From: Armatimonadota bacterium
Lineage (GTDB): Bacteria > Armatimonadota > SYMT01
NCBI GenBank assembly: GCA_041690135.1
Contig: JAWLHY010000002.1
Coordinates: 880,342-944,341, forward strand
Direction of reading: 5' to 3'
DNA: 64,000 nucleotides
Shown here piece after piece: positions 26,669 through 37,405 of the stretch. The notes beneath the pieces were generated by a model. It was not told the DNA's origin, made no database searches, and was given only the letters and a program-made list of their open reading frames with translations. A program made the translations under genes and the position numbers. Position 1 is the stretch's first letter. Each line of letters opens with the position of its first letter.

Positions 26669-28180
26669 TCAGGCGCTGAGGGCGGCGCGGGTGCGTTGGA
26701 CCAGTGGGTTGTCGCGCTCGCGGCTGCCCCGGAGGTTATACATACCGGCGGCGAGGAATTGATTCCGCCATTCGGGGGAGACGTGCTGGAAGTCTTCCAG
26801 CAGGGCGGAACTGAATTTGTAGTCGTGGGAGTTGGTCCCCTTGAGGAAAATGAGGCGCCGCGCCGCGGTCAGCAGCGCTTCCGGGGATCCGCCCTGCTGG
26901 AGGTATGCGAGGGTCTTCCGCGTGGCCTCCTGACGGCTGCCGGAAATCTCGGCGAAGATTGCCTCCAGGGCTTCCGGACCGGACGTTTTCAGCTCGGCCG
27001 GCTCCAGGCGATCCACCCGCGGGCCGCCGTCGCCCTTCAGGTTCATGGACTCGCGGAACATCGCCATGAAGGCCGCGGCCTGGAGCAGCAGCAGGAGACG
27101 CGTCTCGGTGTTCCCGCTCGTCTCCGCCGCGTATCGCAGGGCGTTGGCCGACGTGACGCAGTGGATGCCCAGGATGCCGGGGCGCCGCATCAGCAGCTCT
27201 CCGGCTCCAGTGAAGACACCGTCCCAGAGAGAACGTGCGGCGACCCCGCGGTTCAAGAGTGCGGTCACCTCTGCGCACACGGCGTCGGGTGAGCCGGCGC
27301 GGACTGCCGCCAGCAGGTCGGAGGTTGCGGTGGAGTCCGTCTTCCCGGCGATCCAGTCGGGTTGTACCTTCTTCACGCGCTCCAGGTTTCCACGCCAGGG
27401 GCGGTCCGCGGGTTCGTCGGCCTCGGCGGGGTTTACGGAGCCCCGCTGCAGGAGCGCCAGGGTGAGCGAGCGGAGGACCGGCTCGGCATGCTGCCAGCCA
27501 ATGACCTGCAGCGTGCGCCAGGCATTGGCCACGTAGATCGCCTTATGGCCGATGTCGCGGAAGTCGCGCGCCCCGTACCTCCAGAAGAGCTCGAAGATCT
27601 CGGAGGCGCCGGCCGTGCGGGCCAGTTGCGCCACGGCGAGATCGGCGCCCGGCTCATCCCAGCGCTCCATCGCCGCGACGAACCGGGCGCGGGCCTGGGT
27701 GGGTGCGGGAAGGAGGGCTTCCTTCACGGCCGGCAGCGTCCAGTCGCCTTCGCTGACGTCCTGCGCCTGCGATGACTTGAAATAGTCGAGCGCCCAGAAG
27801 ATCGGCAGCCAGCGATCCGAGTCAGGGGAGGCCATGCTGGCCTGGTGCGCCGAGTGGACCACCAGCACGGTGTGGAACTTGAAACCGACCGGTTGGGGCT
27901 TGACGTTCCGCACACCCGCGAGCAGGAGTGCGCCCAGAACCTCCTGGTAGCTGGTTCCGCCGTGGATCCGCGCGGCCACCTTCTCCAGCAGCTCGGCGCG
28001 CGGGGTCGTCTCGAGGAGCCGGACGAGCGGTTCGATCTCCGGACGGAACTGCACGTGCTCCGGACGGACGCGGACCTCGTTCGCGCGCACCGGCCGAAGG
28101 GTTTGCAGGAACCCCAGGTCACCTACCGCGGCGGCGGTACCGAGCCCGGCGGCATTCAGGAGCAACTCGCGTCGTTTCAT
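26669..28180 (-). CDS. Tat-exported conserved hypothetical protein
   Basis: MKRRELL twin-arginine signal; His-containing motifs FHTVL, IGHKAIY, HDYKF. Confidence 0.8.
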   Translation of the reverse strand: MKRRELLLNAAGLGTAAAVGDLGFLQTLRPVRANEVRVRPEHVQFRPEIEPLVRLLETTPRAELLEKVAARIHGGTSYQEVLGALLLAGVRNVKPQPVGFKFHTVLVVHSAHQASMASPDSDRWLPIFWALDYFKSSQAQDVSEGDWTLPAVKEALLPAPTQARARFVAAMERWDEPGADLAVAQLARTAGASEIFELFWRYGARDFRDIGHKAIYVANAWRTLQVIGWQHAEPVLRSLTLALLQRGSVNPAEADEPADRPWRGNLERVKKVQPDWIAGKTDSTATSDLLAAVRAGSPDAVCAEVTALLNRGVAARSLWDGVFTGAGELLMRRPGILGIHCVTSANALRYAAETSGNTETRLLLLLQAAAFMAMFRESMNLKGDGGPRVDRLEPAELKTSGPEALEAIFAEISGSRQEATRKTLAYLQQGGSPEALLTAARRLIFLKGTNSHDYKFSSALLEDFQHVSPEWRNQFLAAGMYNLRGSRERDNPLVQRTRAALSA

Positions 28181-28401
28181 GGTGTGGCCCTCCGTTTACT
28201 TCTTCTCCGCCTGGGGTCGGGGTTCCTATGCAGTGGGACCCGCAGGTGCTCTTGTGCGCGCGTTCCTCGCAGCGGGTTTGCGGCGCGTGTCAAGAACATG
28301 CCCCACGGCTACCGCGCACAGGAAGAGGTGGTACGCCGCTCCGTGCGGAAGGTACTCCCAATGCACCGCGCCACCGGCGCCTGTTTTCTCAGATACGGAC
28401 C

Positions 28402-29151
28402 ATGAAACTCAAGCTTTGCGCATTTCTTACGGCGGTTGCCGCCGCGGCCGCCGTTTCCGGCGTCCACTCCGCCCAGGCCCAGGCGCCCCAGGGCTTTGTC
28501 TCGCTGTTCAACGGTAAGGATCTTGCGGGCTGGAAGGTGCCCGCCGGCGATAACGGTCACTGGAAAGTGATCGACGGCGTCATCGACTGCGACGCGCGCA
28601 GCGAAGCCTCGGGCGACAAAAGCCTGTGGTCGGACAAAGAGTACGGCGACTTCGTGCTCAAGTTGGACTGGCGGCTCAAAGAGACGCCGTTCCTCAACCC
28701 GCGCGTCCCCATCATCCTGGCGGATGGCACCCACAAGAAGGACGCCACGGGCAAGGAGATGACGATCACCGTCCCGGACGCCGACTCGGGTGTCTATCTA
28801 CGCGGCCAACCCAAGGCCCAGGTGAACATCTGGAACTGGCCGTGCGGGTCGGGCGAGGTCTACGGCTACCGGATGGACAAGAGCATGTCCCCCGAAGTGC
28901 GCAAGGGCGTGACCCCCCGGGTGAATGCCGACCGGAACATCGGGGAGTGGAACAACTTCGAGATCACGCTCAAGGGGGAACGTCTTAGCGTCCTGCTCAA
29001 TGGGCAGAAGGTCCTCGATCAGGCCGCGCTTCCCGGGCTTCCCGCCCGCGGTCCGATCGCCCTGCAGCATCACGGCAGCCTGAAAGACGGCAAGTGGACC
29101 AGCGCTCCTTCGCTGGTGCAGTTCCGGAACATCTCCATCAAGGAACTCTAA
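28402..29151 (+). CDS. DUF1080 / 3-keto-disaccharide hydrolase family secreted protein
   Basis: Signal peptide; SLFNGKDLAGW, YGDFVLKLDW, DSGVYLR, GEWN, GPIALQHH, FRNISIKEL. Confidence 0.92.
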   Translation: MKLKLCAFLTAVAAAAAVSGVHSAQAQAPQGFVSLFNGKDLAGWKVPAGDNGHWKVIDGVIDCDARSEASGDKSLWSDKEYGDFVLKLDWRLKETPFLNPRVPIILADGTHKKDATGKEMTITVPDADSGVYLRGQPKAQVNIWNWPCGSGEVYGYRMDKSMSPEVRKGVTPRVNADRNIGEWNNFEITLKGERLSVLLNGQKVLDQAALPGLPARGPIALQHHGSLKDGKWTSAPSLVQFRNISIKEL

Positions 29152-29167
29152 CGATCTTCGCGGCGCC

Positions 29168-29896
29168 TCACTGGAGCGCCAGTGAGGCGCCGAGGATCAC
29201 CAGCAGGCAACCGACGGCCCGACGGAATAGGGCTTCTGGTAGATGACGCTGGAGCCGCTCTCCGCACCAGGAGCCCAGCAGCGATACCGGATAGAGCCCA
29301 AGGCCCGCCAGGCAAAGCGAGGGTGTGAGAGCTCCGCTCGTTGCCAGCCCGAGCGTCCGCAGTAGGTCCACGGAAGTGAGGAAGAGGAGGAGCGTGGCCC
29401 GGAAGGAGACGGCCTCCAGTTGGCGGGTGGCGAGGTAGAGGACGACGGGCGGACCGGAAGCGCCGAAGAGTCCGCCGAGGATCCCGCTGGTCAGTCCCGC
29501 TGTCAGTCCCGCGGCGTCCGACCCCTGGCGCTCGCCTTCCGACGGGCGCCGGCTCGCGAGCCAGAGCCCCACACCAATCACGGCAAGTCCCAGAATTCGC
29601 CGCAGCAATCCGTCGGAGCCGAAGTGGAAGAGGGCCAGGCCGGCGAGAGTGGCCGGCAGTCCGCCCACCAGGAGCAGCCGGTATTCGCGGAGAGCTACCC
29701 ACTTCCGGGCGCGCCAGGTCAGCCACACGCCGTTGACGATGGATAGTACCGCGATGAGCGGCACCGCGACTTTAACCGGCATCCAGGCGGCAAGAATCGG
29801 CAGCGTCACGAGCACGGCCCCGAAACCGGTGAGACCGCGGATGGCAAAGCCCGCGAAGACAGCCAGGTTGGCGATGATTAGGCCTTCCGGGGGCAT
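29168..29896 (-). CDS. TauE/SafE (TSUP) family permease
   Basis: GLTGFGA and GGLFGASGPP repeats; ~8 TM. Confidence 0.9.
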   Translation of the reverse strand: MPPEGLIIANLAVFAGFAIRGLTGFGAVLVTLPILAAWMPVKVAVPLIAVLSIVNGVWLTWRARKWVALREYRLLLVGGLPATLAGLALFHFGSDGLLRRILGLAVIGVGLWLASRRPSEGERQGSDAAGLTAGLTSGILGGLFGASGPPVVLYLATRQLEAVSFRATLLLFLTSVDLLRTLGLATSGALTPSLCLAGLGLYPVSLLGSWCGERLQRHLPEALFRRAVGCLLVILGASLALQ

Positions 29897-29899
29897 GGA

Positions 29900-30889
29900 T
29901 CAAACCTGCAGCTTTGCCAGATGGTGCGCGCAGATCCGCGCCACCCGGTCCGATAACGGCCCATAGAAACCCCGGCGCGCCAGTTCGGCGTAACATGCGA
30001 GGAATGCTCCGCCCTCTGGGGCTGTCCGTGCGGACACCACCCCGTCGCGAGCGCGGACGGTTTCCACGCAGACTTCACAGTTGAAGGCCGTCATCGGGAG
30101 CACCTCCGGCTCCTCCAGCGCATCCAGGTCGTTCCGTCCATTTCCGGCGTGGGTCAGGCGGACCTCCGCCCGTGGGAACATCAGCCGCGCCAGCCGGGGC
30201 ACGCTCCACTTCCCCACGGCGCGGCCCTCGATCAACGGCAGCACATCCACCGCCCCGTCCGGATGCGGTTCCGAAATCTCCAGCGCCAGTTGATGCCGCT
30301 CCACCAGGGTGCGAAGGTATGCGGTGAGCTCCCAGCGGTCCGTCCCCCGGTCAAAGGACCACCGGTGGGCCACCGGCTCCGGTTCCGGAAAAAAGCTCAC
30401 CACGATGTCGCCCAACTCGTCGCGCTTGTCCTCCAGGGCCACCTGGACCCGGCGACCTTTCAATTCCAGGGTCACCACGTCTCGCGCGTTGGAACCGACA
30501 CCGACGAGCCGGCGGATCGCCGCCAGGTCGGGGCACGGCGGCACGAACCTTTCGGTGGGACTGCCGACCTCTCGCCAAGCCGCCCCATTACCCGAGATGA
30601 CGAAGCGCCCTCCGAACCGCCGCGCCTCGGCCTCCAGATACTCCGGTGCCTTTCCACTATTCAACACGATCTGGATCTGGTGGCGCGTCCCGTCCGCGTG
30701 CAGCGAGAGGCCCTGCAGTTCCCGGAGGGCCGTCAGTTGCGCTGGACCGATCGCCCGGTTCGGCGGCGACAACCACCCATCCAGGTCTTCGGAATGAAAA
30801 TAGACGACTTCAGTGTCAGTGGAAGTAGGGAGTTCGGGTGTCTTCAAGGGAATAGGTGCTCGGACGCGTGGCGTGACGAACTCGGACAC
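29900..30889 (-). CDS. HAD-superfamily-like protein (start uncertain)
   Basis: EDLDGWL motif I; LNSGK; ISGNGA; AGNGRNDLDAL. The N-terminal extension of track ORF 29900..31444 overlaps the opposite-strand gene. Confidence 0.65.
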   Translation of the reverse strand: MSEFVTPRVRAPIPLKTPELPTSTDTEVVYFHSEDLDGWLSPPNRAIGPAQLTALRELQGLSLHADGTRHQIQIVLNSGKAPEYLEAEARRFGGRFVISGNGAAWREVGSPTERFVPPCPDLAAIRRLVGVGSNARDVVTLELKGRRVQVALEDKRDELGDIVVSFFPEPEPVAHRWSFDRGTDRWELTAYLRTLVERHQLALEISEPHPDGAVDVLPLIEGRAVGKWSVPRLARLMFPRAEVRLTHAGNGRNDLDALEEPEVLPMTAFNCEVCVETVRARDGVVSARTAPEGGAFLACYAELARRGFYGPLSDRVARICAHHLAKLQV

Positions 30890-30947
30890 ACGGGGGGACC
30901 CCGTTAGCGTATACTCCAGAAGAGAAGTAAGGTTAGTATAATCCCCT

Positions 30948-31865
30948 ATGCTTAAGGTTTTGAGGACGGTAGCGGTACTCGGGCTCGCCACTTCTGCCGC
31001 CGGATGGGTGGCCGGTTGTTCCGGCGGTGGTGGGAAGGGAACTCCGGTAGCCACTTCCGGTGGGGCCGCGAAGTCGCTGTCGGTCGCTCCGCCCGCGGGT
31101 GAGGCCGGCACGAACGGCCCGGCTGCTGCCGGGATGGGAGACGGCAACCCGCTCGCGGTTTCGGAGCGGGACGCTGCGGTTCCGGAGAATGGGGCGCCAC
31201 CGTCCGTCAAGGACGGAGGCGCAGCGGCGAACGCAGCAGCTCCGGCGGAGAAAACCGGGCTTGCTCCCGAGGATGACGGGCGGAAATCGCCGCCGACCGC
31301 GCCGGCCGCGGCTATCCGGGTGGCAAAGGCGACCCCGGCCACCACGGACAAGAAGCCCGGGTCACCCCGGAAGAAGCCTGCTGCCACCTCTGCGACTGTC
31401 AAACCCGCGGTCTGGAAGTTGCCCCCGAACGCGCCCCCCAGCATTTATGTCTCGGCCCAGATGCCGGAGTATGTCAGCGCCGAGGGACGCCTTGCGCGGT
31501 TCATCACCGCCATGCAGACGGGGCACCGCAAGAAGGCCAGCGAGCTGTTTTCCAGCCGGGTGACGGAAGAAGAACGACAGGCGTTTATCGAAAAGAAGTG
31601 GCTCCGGTACGACCCGGTACACAAGGAAGATTTTCATCAGGTCCTCTACTTTAAGGACCTGCAGATTCGCACCCACGCGATCTACGAGGACCTGATCCGG
31701 GTCTATGTGGGTTCGCGACGCGTGCCCTTCCGTATTCTGGCGACGGAAAAGGGGATCATCCGGTTCGGCAAAAAGACCGACCCCCCCGTCGGGTGGATGT
31801 CGATCCCGATGCGCAAGGAAGATGGGAAGTGGTGGGTGGAACTCCACCCTCCGTCCGCGGAGTAG
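30948..31865 (+). CDS. Hypothetical lipoprotein
   Basis: Lipobox VAGC; Pro/Ala linker; globular C-terminus ending MRKEDGKWWV. Confidence 0.75.
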   Translation: MLKVLRTVAVLGLATSAAGWVAGCSGGGGKGTPVATSGGAAKSLSVAPPAGEAGTNGPAAAGMGDGNPLAVSERDAAVPENGAPPSVKDGGAAANAAAPAEKTGLAPEDDGRKSPPTAPAAAIRVAKATPATTDKKPGSPRKKPAATSATVKPAVWKLPPNAPPSIYVSAQMPEYVSAEGRLARFITAMQTGHRKKASELFSSRVTEEERQAFIEKKWLRYDPVHKEDFHQVLYFKDLQIRTHAIYEDLIRVYVGSRRVPFRILATEKGIIRFGKKTDPPVGWMSIPMRKEDGKWWVELHPPSAE

Positions 31866-31951
31866 TTCGGGCATCAACCTCCGGGCGGCCATCGAAACGG
31901 CCATGTGGACGGCTATGGAAATGAGCCCGGACGTCCAAAGGTGAGCGAGTC

Positions 31952-32872
31952 ATGCCGAAGGCCAAGATCGTCGTCGTCGGTTCCACCAACCTGGATATGG
32001 TCGTGCGGACCAGCCACATTCCCCGCCCCGGTGAAACGGTGATGGGGGAGCAATTTCGTATGATTCCAGGGGGCAAGGGCGCCAACCAGGCAGTGGCTGC
32101 GGCCCGGATGGGGGCCGAGGTCACCTTCATCGCCCGGGTAGGCGGAAGTAGTTTCGGCGATCAGGCGGTCGCGCTGTTCCGGGATGAAGGGATCCGTACG
32201 GATTTCGTGGTTCGAGATGCCGAGGTTGAGCACGGGATCGCGCTCATTCTGGTGGACCCCAACGGCGAGAATGCGATTGCGGTGGCTCCCGGAGCGAACG
32301 CGCGTCTTACTCCGGAAGACGTGGAACGGGCGGAAACGGCAATCGCGGAATGCGACGCGGTCTTGCTGCAACTCGAGGTGCCGTTGGAGACCGTGGAACG
32401 GGCCGTGGAAGTGGCGAAGCGGCACGGGAAGTTGGTGGTGCTCAATCCCGCGCCCTACCTGGCTGTGCCGGACCGGGTGCTTGCGCAGGTGGACGTGCTC
32501 ACTCCTAACGAAACCGAGGCGGAAATGCTTTTGGGTGGCGGCGAAGCCGGCCTGGCCGGAGTGGCCGCCACGGCAGAAGAACTGCTGCGGCGAGGAGTCG
32601 GCAGCGTGATCGTCACCCTGGGGCGCGAAGGGGTGTTCGTGGTCACTCCGGAAGCCCAGTTCCACCTGCCCGGCAAGCATGTGAAGGCGGTGGATACCAC
32701 GGCGGCGGGAGATGCCTTCTCGGGGGCACTGGCCACCCTGCTGGCGGAGGGGGCGGAGTTTCGCCAGGCGGTCCGGGCGGCAGTTTGTGCCAGTGCCCTC
32801 ACCGTAACCCGCGAAGGGGCGCAGACATCGCTGCCTACCCGCCAGGAAGTGGAGGCGCTTCTCGCCGGATAG
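31952..32872 (+). CDS. rbsK: Ribokinase
   Basis: GSTNLD, PGGKGANQAVAAAR, LNPAP, PNETE, DTTAAGDAF. Confidence 0.95.
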   Translation: MPKAKIVVVGSTNLDMVVRTSHIPRPGETVMGEQFRMIPGGKGANQAVAAARMGAEVTFIARVGGSSFGDQAVALFRDEGIRTDFVVRDAEVEHGIALILVDPNGENAIAVAPGANARLTPEDVERAETAIAECDAVLLQLEVPLETVERAVEVAKRHGKLVVLNPAPYLAVPDRVLAQVDVLTPNETEAEMLLGGGEAGLAGVAATAEELLRRGVGSVIVTLGREGVFVVTPEAQFHLPGKHVKAVDTTAAGDAFSGALATLLAEGAEFRQAVRAAVCASALTVTREGAQTSLPTRQEVEALLAG

Positions 32873-32979
32873 GCGTCAGATGGGTGAGCATGGGGCACCC
32901 GGCCGTGGGCCTTAAGGCGGTCCGGCCTTCCGGATGCTGTTGGGGGATAGAAGGCGATTGGATCAGGAAGATACTGAGA

Positions 32980-34626
32980 ATGAAACAACCAGCAAAGCCG
33001 ATTGGCGGAATGGGGCTGCTTGGAATGTTGGGCCTGGCGGGGGCGCTGGTCGTGCCCGCCGGAGCGCAGGGCGGATCGGAGGTGGTGGCGCGGGTGGGGG
33101 CGGCCACGATCAGCCGTCCGGCGTTGGACGCGCAACTGCTTACCTACTATGGCAAGAACGGGCTGCAGCAACTCGTGGAGCGGAGCATGCTCGACCAGGA
33201 AGCGGCCCGTCTGAAGGTGACCCTGGCCGATGCCGAGCTGAACGAGCGGCTCGCCGAGCAGAAGAAGGCGGCCGGCGCCAACTTCAATAAAGCGCTGGAA
33301 GCCGAGGGCATCTCGGAGGCCACCTGGCGCGAGCGGGTGCGTACCGGTCTGCTGACCGAAAAGCTCACCGACAAAGTCTGGCCCATCAAGCCGACGGACC
33401 TGGTGCGTCTTTCCGTGCGGTATGCACGGGTGCATACGCGAAACCAGGCGCTGGAGATCATCCGCAACGTCCAGGCCGGGCAAGACTTCGAACTGCTGAT
33501 TCTCCAGCGGTCATTGGATAAGGACACCCTGGGCTTCGTGCAACCGAACCCGTTCCTGCGGGTGGAGAAGCCGTACATGTTCCGCATGGTGTCCGGGCTC
33601 ATCAGCCAGGGCAAGCTCCGGGTAGGGCAGATGTGCCGGGAGCCCGTGCAGTCCGATGAGTTCTACCTGGCGGTTCGGTTGGAGAAGTACCTCGACGCTT
33701 CCACGCTGAAACCCCGCGAGCGAGAAGTAGCCGAGGCGAAGATTCGCTCCCGACGGATCGCGGGGCTCGTCAACAAGATACGCCAGCGCCACAAGGCGGA
33801 GCACGTGGTATCGCTCGACACGCTGGCTGCCGATCCGAAGCTGCCGGGCGACACCGTGCTGACTCGCGTCAGTCCCACGGCCGCCGACAAGGGAGCCAAG
33901 GCGGACGAGATCACGCGGAAGGAGCTCTTCGGCTATCTCTATGCGAATTTCGCCAAGACGGCCCTGGAACAGTTGATCGAGCGGAGCATCGTGCAGCAGC
34001 AGGCGCGGACGCGGAACGTGGTTGTGTCCGATGCCGAGATGGGTGAGCGGCTCGCGGAGACCCGGAAGGCGCTCGGCGAGGCGGGGTTCAAGACGACCCT
34101 GGACCGGGAAGGCATTTCGGAGACGGCGTTCCGCGAGCGGAGCCGGTATGTGTTCCTGGCCCAGAAAACCGCCGAGGCGCAGGCCCCGCTCCGCCCCGAG
34201 GACCTGCAGCGTTATGCCGTTCGATACGTGCGAGTCGCTTCGCGCGACCAGGCGGAGAAGGTCCTCCAGGCAGCCCAGGCCGGAACCCAATTCGAGCAGT
34301 TGGTCCGCCAGGTCTCGTTGGATAAGAACGATGGGCTGATCCAGCCGCGCGCCTTCCTGCCCGTGGACCATCCGGAAGTGGCCCGGGCGGTTGCCGGCTT
34401 GAAAAACGGGCAGGTAGCAAGCCAGCCGCTTAAGGTGGGGGATAGCTTCCTGGTCCTCAAGCTGGAAGCCCGGTTCGGCCCCGAGACGATGTCCGCCAAG
34501 GAGCGCGAAAGCGCCGTGCGCAAGATCAACACCCTGCGTCTCGGGCAGTTCCTGGATGCCTGGCGGAAAGCCACCCGCGTGGAATACGTGATGCCCCTCG
34601 ATCGCCTGGTAGCCGGCGCTGGCTAG
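32980..34626 (+). CDS. Secreted foldase with duplicated SurA-N/PpiC-like (PrsA-like) modules
   Basis: Signal peptide; two repeats of L-QLVERS..Q-A...V-DAE and parvulin-like G-FE-L...SLDK. Confidence 0.75.
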   Translation: MKQPAKPIGGMGLLGMLGLAGALVVPAGAQGGSEVVARVGAATISRPALDAQLLTYYGKNGLQQLVERSMLDQEAARLKVTLADAELNERLAEQKKAAGANFNKALEAEGISEATWRERVRTGLLTEKLTDKVWPIKPTDLVRLSVRYARVHTRNQALEIIRNVQAGQDFELLILQRSLDKDTLGFVQPNPFLRVEKPYMFRMVSGLISQGKLRVGQMCREPVQSDEFYLAVRLEKYLDASTLKPREREVAEAKIRSRRIAGLVNKIRQRHKAEHVVSLDTLAADPKLPGDTVLTRVSPTAADKGAKADEITRKELFGYLYANFAKTALEQLIERSIVQQQARTRNVVVSDAEMGERLAETRKALGEAGFKTTLDREGISETAFRERSRYVFLAQKTAEAQAPLRPEDLQRYAVRYVRVASRDQAEKVLQAAQAGTQFEQLVRQVSLDKNDGLIQPRAFLPVDHPEVARAVAGLKNGQVASQPLKVGDSFLVLKLEARFGPETMSAKERESAVRKINTLRLGQFLDAWRKATRVEYVMPLDRLVAGAG

Positions 34627-34689
34627 TGCGGGTCGGCCGCCCTGCTCCGGGACACCAATCACGGCTTTGACGCCGACCACTCAAGAGAA

Positions 34690-36288
34690 ATGAGCCCGAT
34701 GCGAGTCCTCAGTCTGCTTCTCCTCCTCTGTCCGCTCCTTACCGGGACCGCCCACGCGCAGGGTCTGGACGACCTGGTGCTGGCGAACGTCAACGGTGAA
34801 GACATCACCCGGCGGCAACTCGTTGGCCGGCTTCTGGATTACCACGGCGCCGAGTCGCTCGAGAAACTGGTGACCCGCCAGATCCTGGAACAGGCCGCGA
34901 AACGGCATGGTGTTTCGGTAACGGCGGAAGAAGTGAAGCAGAAGCACACGGAGGTGCTCTCTCGCTTCCGCTCGGACGAGGATTACCGCAAGTTCCTCCA
35001 GTCCAGCAAGCTCAAGGAATCCCAGCACCGGGAGGAGATCCACCATACGCTCCTCGCGCAAAAGGTAGTGCTCAAGGAGCAGCCGATAACGGACGCGGAC
35101 CTGGAGCAGTACGACCTCCGCATCATTGTGGCGGCGGACAAGGCCACGGCGGAAAAGTGGATTCAGGACCTGGTCAAGGGCGCCGAGTTTCGCCAGGTGG
35201 CGGCCACGCGCAACGGTGATGTGAATCTGCGGAAAGCGGCGGGACACCTTCAGCCCTTCCTCGCGATCCAGATGCCGGAGCTGGCGCGGGCCGTCGACGA
35301 GCAGAAGCTCAAGCCGCTGGAGTTCACGAAGAAACCAGTGGGCCTCAGCAACGGTTCCTGGGCCATCGTGCGGCTCGAACGCATGATCCCGGTGTCGCTG
35401 GGGGCCTCTGCCGTGGAGCGAGAGCGCCTCACCGCCGCCGTTCTCACGCAGCGCATCTCCGCGTGGTTTCAGAAGAACCGCGCCAAGGCCACGGTGCAAA
35501 AGCTGCCCCTCGACCAGCCGAACGTGGCCATGGTCAACAGCGAGCCGGTCAAGCGGGAGACGCTGGTGAACTGGCTGTTGGAGTACAAGGGCGAAGAGGC
35601 CCTGGACCAGATGGTCAACCGGACGCTGCTTCTGCAGGCCGCCAGGAAGGTCAGTCTGTCTCCCACGGACGCGGATGTCGAGAAGCAGCTCGCGGAGCTG
35701 CGGGCACGCTTCAAGACCCCACAGGAGTTACAGGAGTTCATTGGAAAGGCTAACCTCAGTGAGAAGCAGTTCCTGGATGAGGCCCGCTACAACTTCCTGA
35801 TGGAAAAGGTCGCCCTCCGCGAAGCACCCATTACCGAGGACGACCTGACCCGGTACGACGTCCGGATGATCGTATGCCCGGACCGGAACACCGCGTTGGA
35901 ATGGGTCAAGGAACTGGATAACGGGGGAGACTTCAAGCAGATCGCCCGGACCCGTTCCGCGGACCCCCAGGGGCGGCAATCCGAAGGCCGCTTCAATCCG
36001 TTCCTCCGCATTGAGATGCTGGATATCTGGCGCGCGCTGAACGCGCAGGCGTTGAAGCCGGGGATGTACACCAAAGACCCCGTCTTGCTGACCGACGGAA
36101 CCTGGGCGTTGCTCAAGCTGGAAGGCTTGCAGGGGGTGGCTTCCGCCTCGAAGGAAGAGCGTGAGAAGCGCACGAAGGCGGTGCGGGATTACCGGGTCAA
36201 CCAGTGGCTGGTCCAGACCCGCTCTACCGCCAAGGTCGCCTATCCGGTGCCCCTGACGGCGGTGATCGCTCGCAGTGCCGAAAAGTGA
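34690..36288 (+). CDS. Second secreted foldase with duplicated SurA-N/PpiC-like modules
   Basis: Signal peptide; LANVNGEDIT and AMVNSEPV repeats; GAEFRQVA and GGDFKQIARTRSAD parvulin-like motifs. Confidence 0.78.
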   Translation: MSPMRVLSLLLLLCPLLTGTAHAQGLDDLVLANVNGEDITRRQLVGRLLDYHGAESLEKLVTRQILEQAAKRHGVSVTAEEVKQKHTEVLSRFRSDEDYRKFLQSSKLKESQHREEIHHTLLAQKVVLKEQPITDADLEQYDLRIIVAADKATAEKWIQDLVKGAEFRQVAATRNGDVNLRKAAGHLQPFLAIQMPELARAVDEQKLKPLEFTKKPVGLSNGSWAIVRLERMIPVSLGASAVERERLTAAVLTQRISAWFQKNRAKATVQKLPLDQPNVAMVNSEPVKRETLVNWLLEYKGEEALDQMVNRTLLLQAARKVSLSPTDADVEKQLAELRARFKTPQELQEFIGKANLSEKQFLDEARYNFLMEKVALREAPITEDDLTRYDVRMIVCPDRNTALEWVKELDNGGDFKQIARTRSADPQGRQSEGRFNPFLRIEMLDIWRALNAQALKPGMYTKDPVLLTDGTWALLKLEGLQGVASASKEEREKRTKAVRDYRVNQWLVQTRSTAKVAYPVPLTAVIARSAEK

Positions 36289-36327
36289 GCCTCCCCGTGC
36301 GGACAAAGAGTTGAGACGGGACACGAG

Positions 36328-36810
36328 ATGCACCCACTGAAGGCCGAAACCACCGGGCGTCCGCTCCCCGAGGTGCTGTTGGAGGATCTCCGCGAACTCC
36401 TGTCGTGGGACAACAACTGCTATCTGACCTGGGTGCGGCTATCCGGCGACGCGGAAGCGGAATCCCAACACTGGTTCACCGTGAAATTCGGCAGCGACGG
36501 CCGACGATTTGGCTTGCGGCTGGAGTTCTGCATTCCGGACTGGATGGATCAACGGGGGGTGGAAGCCATCCTGCCGGCCCATCTTCCGGTGACCGCCATC
36601 GAACGCGGTCGCTGGGCGGCGGTCGATCTCGGCCGCACGTCCTGGTCCGGGGCGACCGGAAGTCTTCCGAAGGTCGCCCGCACCTGTGCCCGGTTGATGA
36701 ATGAATTGTGGGGCTCGACCACCGCGCTGAACGTGCTGCTGCTGACCCTGGAGTATCAGGACGAGCGGTTGGAGACGCCCTTCACCGAAATGCCGGGTTA
36801 CCGCGGATAA
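36328..36810 (+). CDS. Hypothetical protein
   Basis: Co-oriented ORF with host-like codon usage. Confidence 0.6.
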   Translation: MHPLKAETTGRPLPEVLLEDLRELLSWDNNCYLTWVRLSGDAEAESQHWFTVKFGSDGRRFGLRLEFCIPDWMDQRGVEAILPAHLPVTAIERGRWAAVDLGRTSWSGATGSLPKVARTCARLMNELWGSTTALNVLLLTLEYQDERLETPFTEMPGYRG

Positions 36811-36851
36811 TTTCACGGCGCCGAACAGGCCCCTATGTTGCAGTGAGTCCT

Positions 36852-37382
36852 ATGAGTTATCGGCAGTTAGATTCAGGCAAACGCGTGCACGACTTTCTCC
36901 CAATGGAAGTCCAGGAGGGGTGTATCGAGCGGGACGGCGAGCGAGAGACCCTGCGGATCGCGGGGGAGGCGAGCCATCCCACCATCCCGGGTGTGGAAGT
37001 TTCGCAGTCGCAGACGTTTATCAACGAGCGACGCGTGCTGGTGGTGACCCACAACAGCCAGGAACCGCCGGGTACTCTTGGCTACACGGTGGTGGTCCGG
37101 CCCGGCTACAGCGTGGGCGACCATTACCACCATCACCGCGAGGAGCGGATCGTGGTGCTGCACGGCCGGGCGGAATTCCGGCTGCTGGACGAGCGCCCGG
37201 ATTCTCCCACCGCGGGGAAACTGAACCTGTTCACGTTGGACTATCCCGGCTCTTGTGTCCGGATTCCGACTGGGGTGGCTCACGCCATCATCGCTCACGG
37301 GGCGACGACGGTGCTCCAGGTGCTGGCGTCCTCGGATTACGACCCCAGCGACGATGTGCACGTTTCGCTGTCGAATCTGTAA
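36852..37382 (+). CDS. Cupin-fold protein (WxcM/RmlC-like)
   Basis: GDHYHHHREE and RIPTGVAHAI cupin motifs. Confidence 0.8.
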   Translation: MSYRQLDSGKRVHDFLPMEVQEGCIERDGERETLRIAGEASHPTIPGVEVSQSQTFINERRVLVVTHNSQEPPGTLGYTVVVRPGYSVGDHYHHHREERIVVLHGRAEFRLLDERPDSPTAGKLNLFTLDYPGSCVRIPTGVAHAIIAHGATTVLQVLASSDYDPSDDVHVSLSNL

Positions 37383-37405
37383 GCACCGCGGAGCCTGGAA
37401 ATGCC

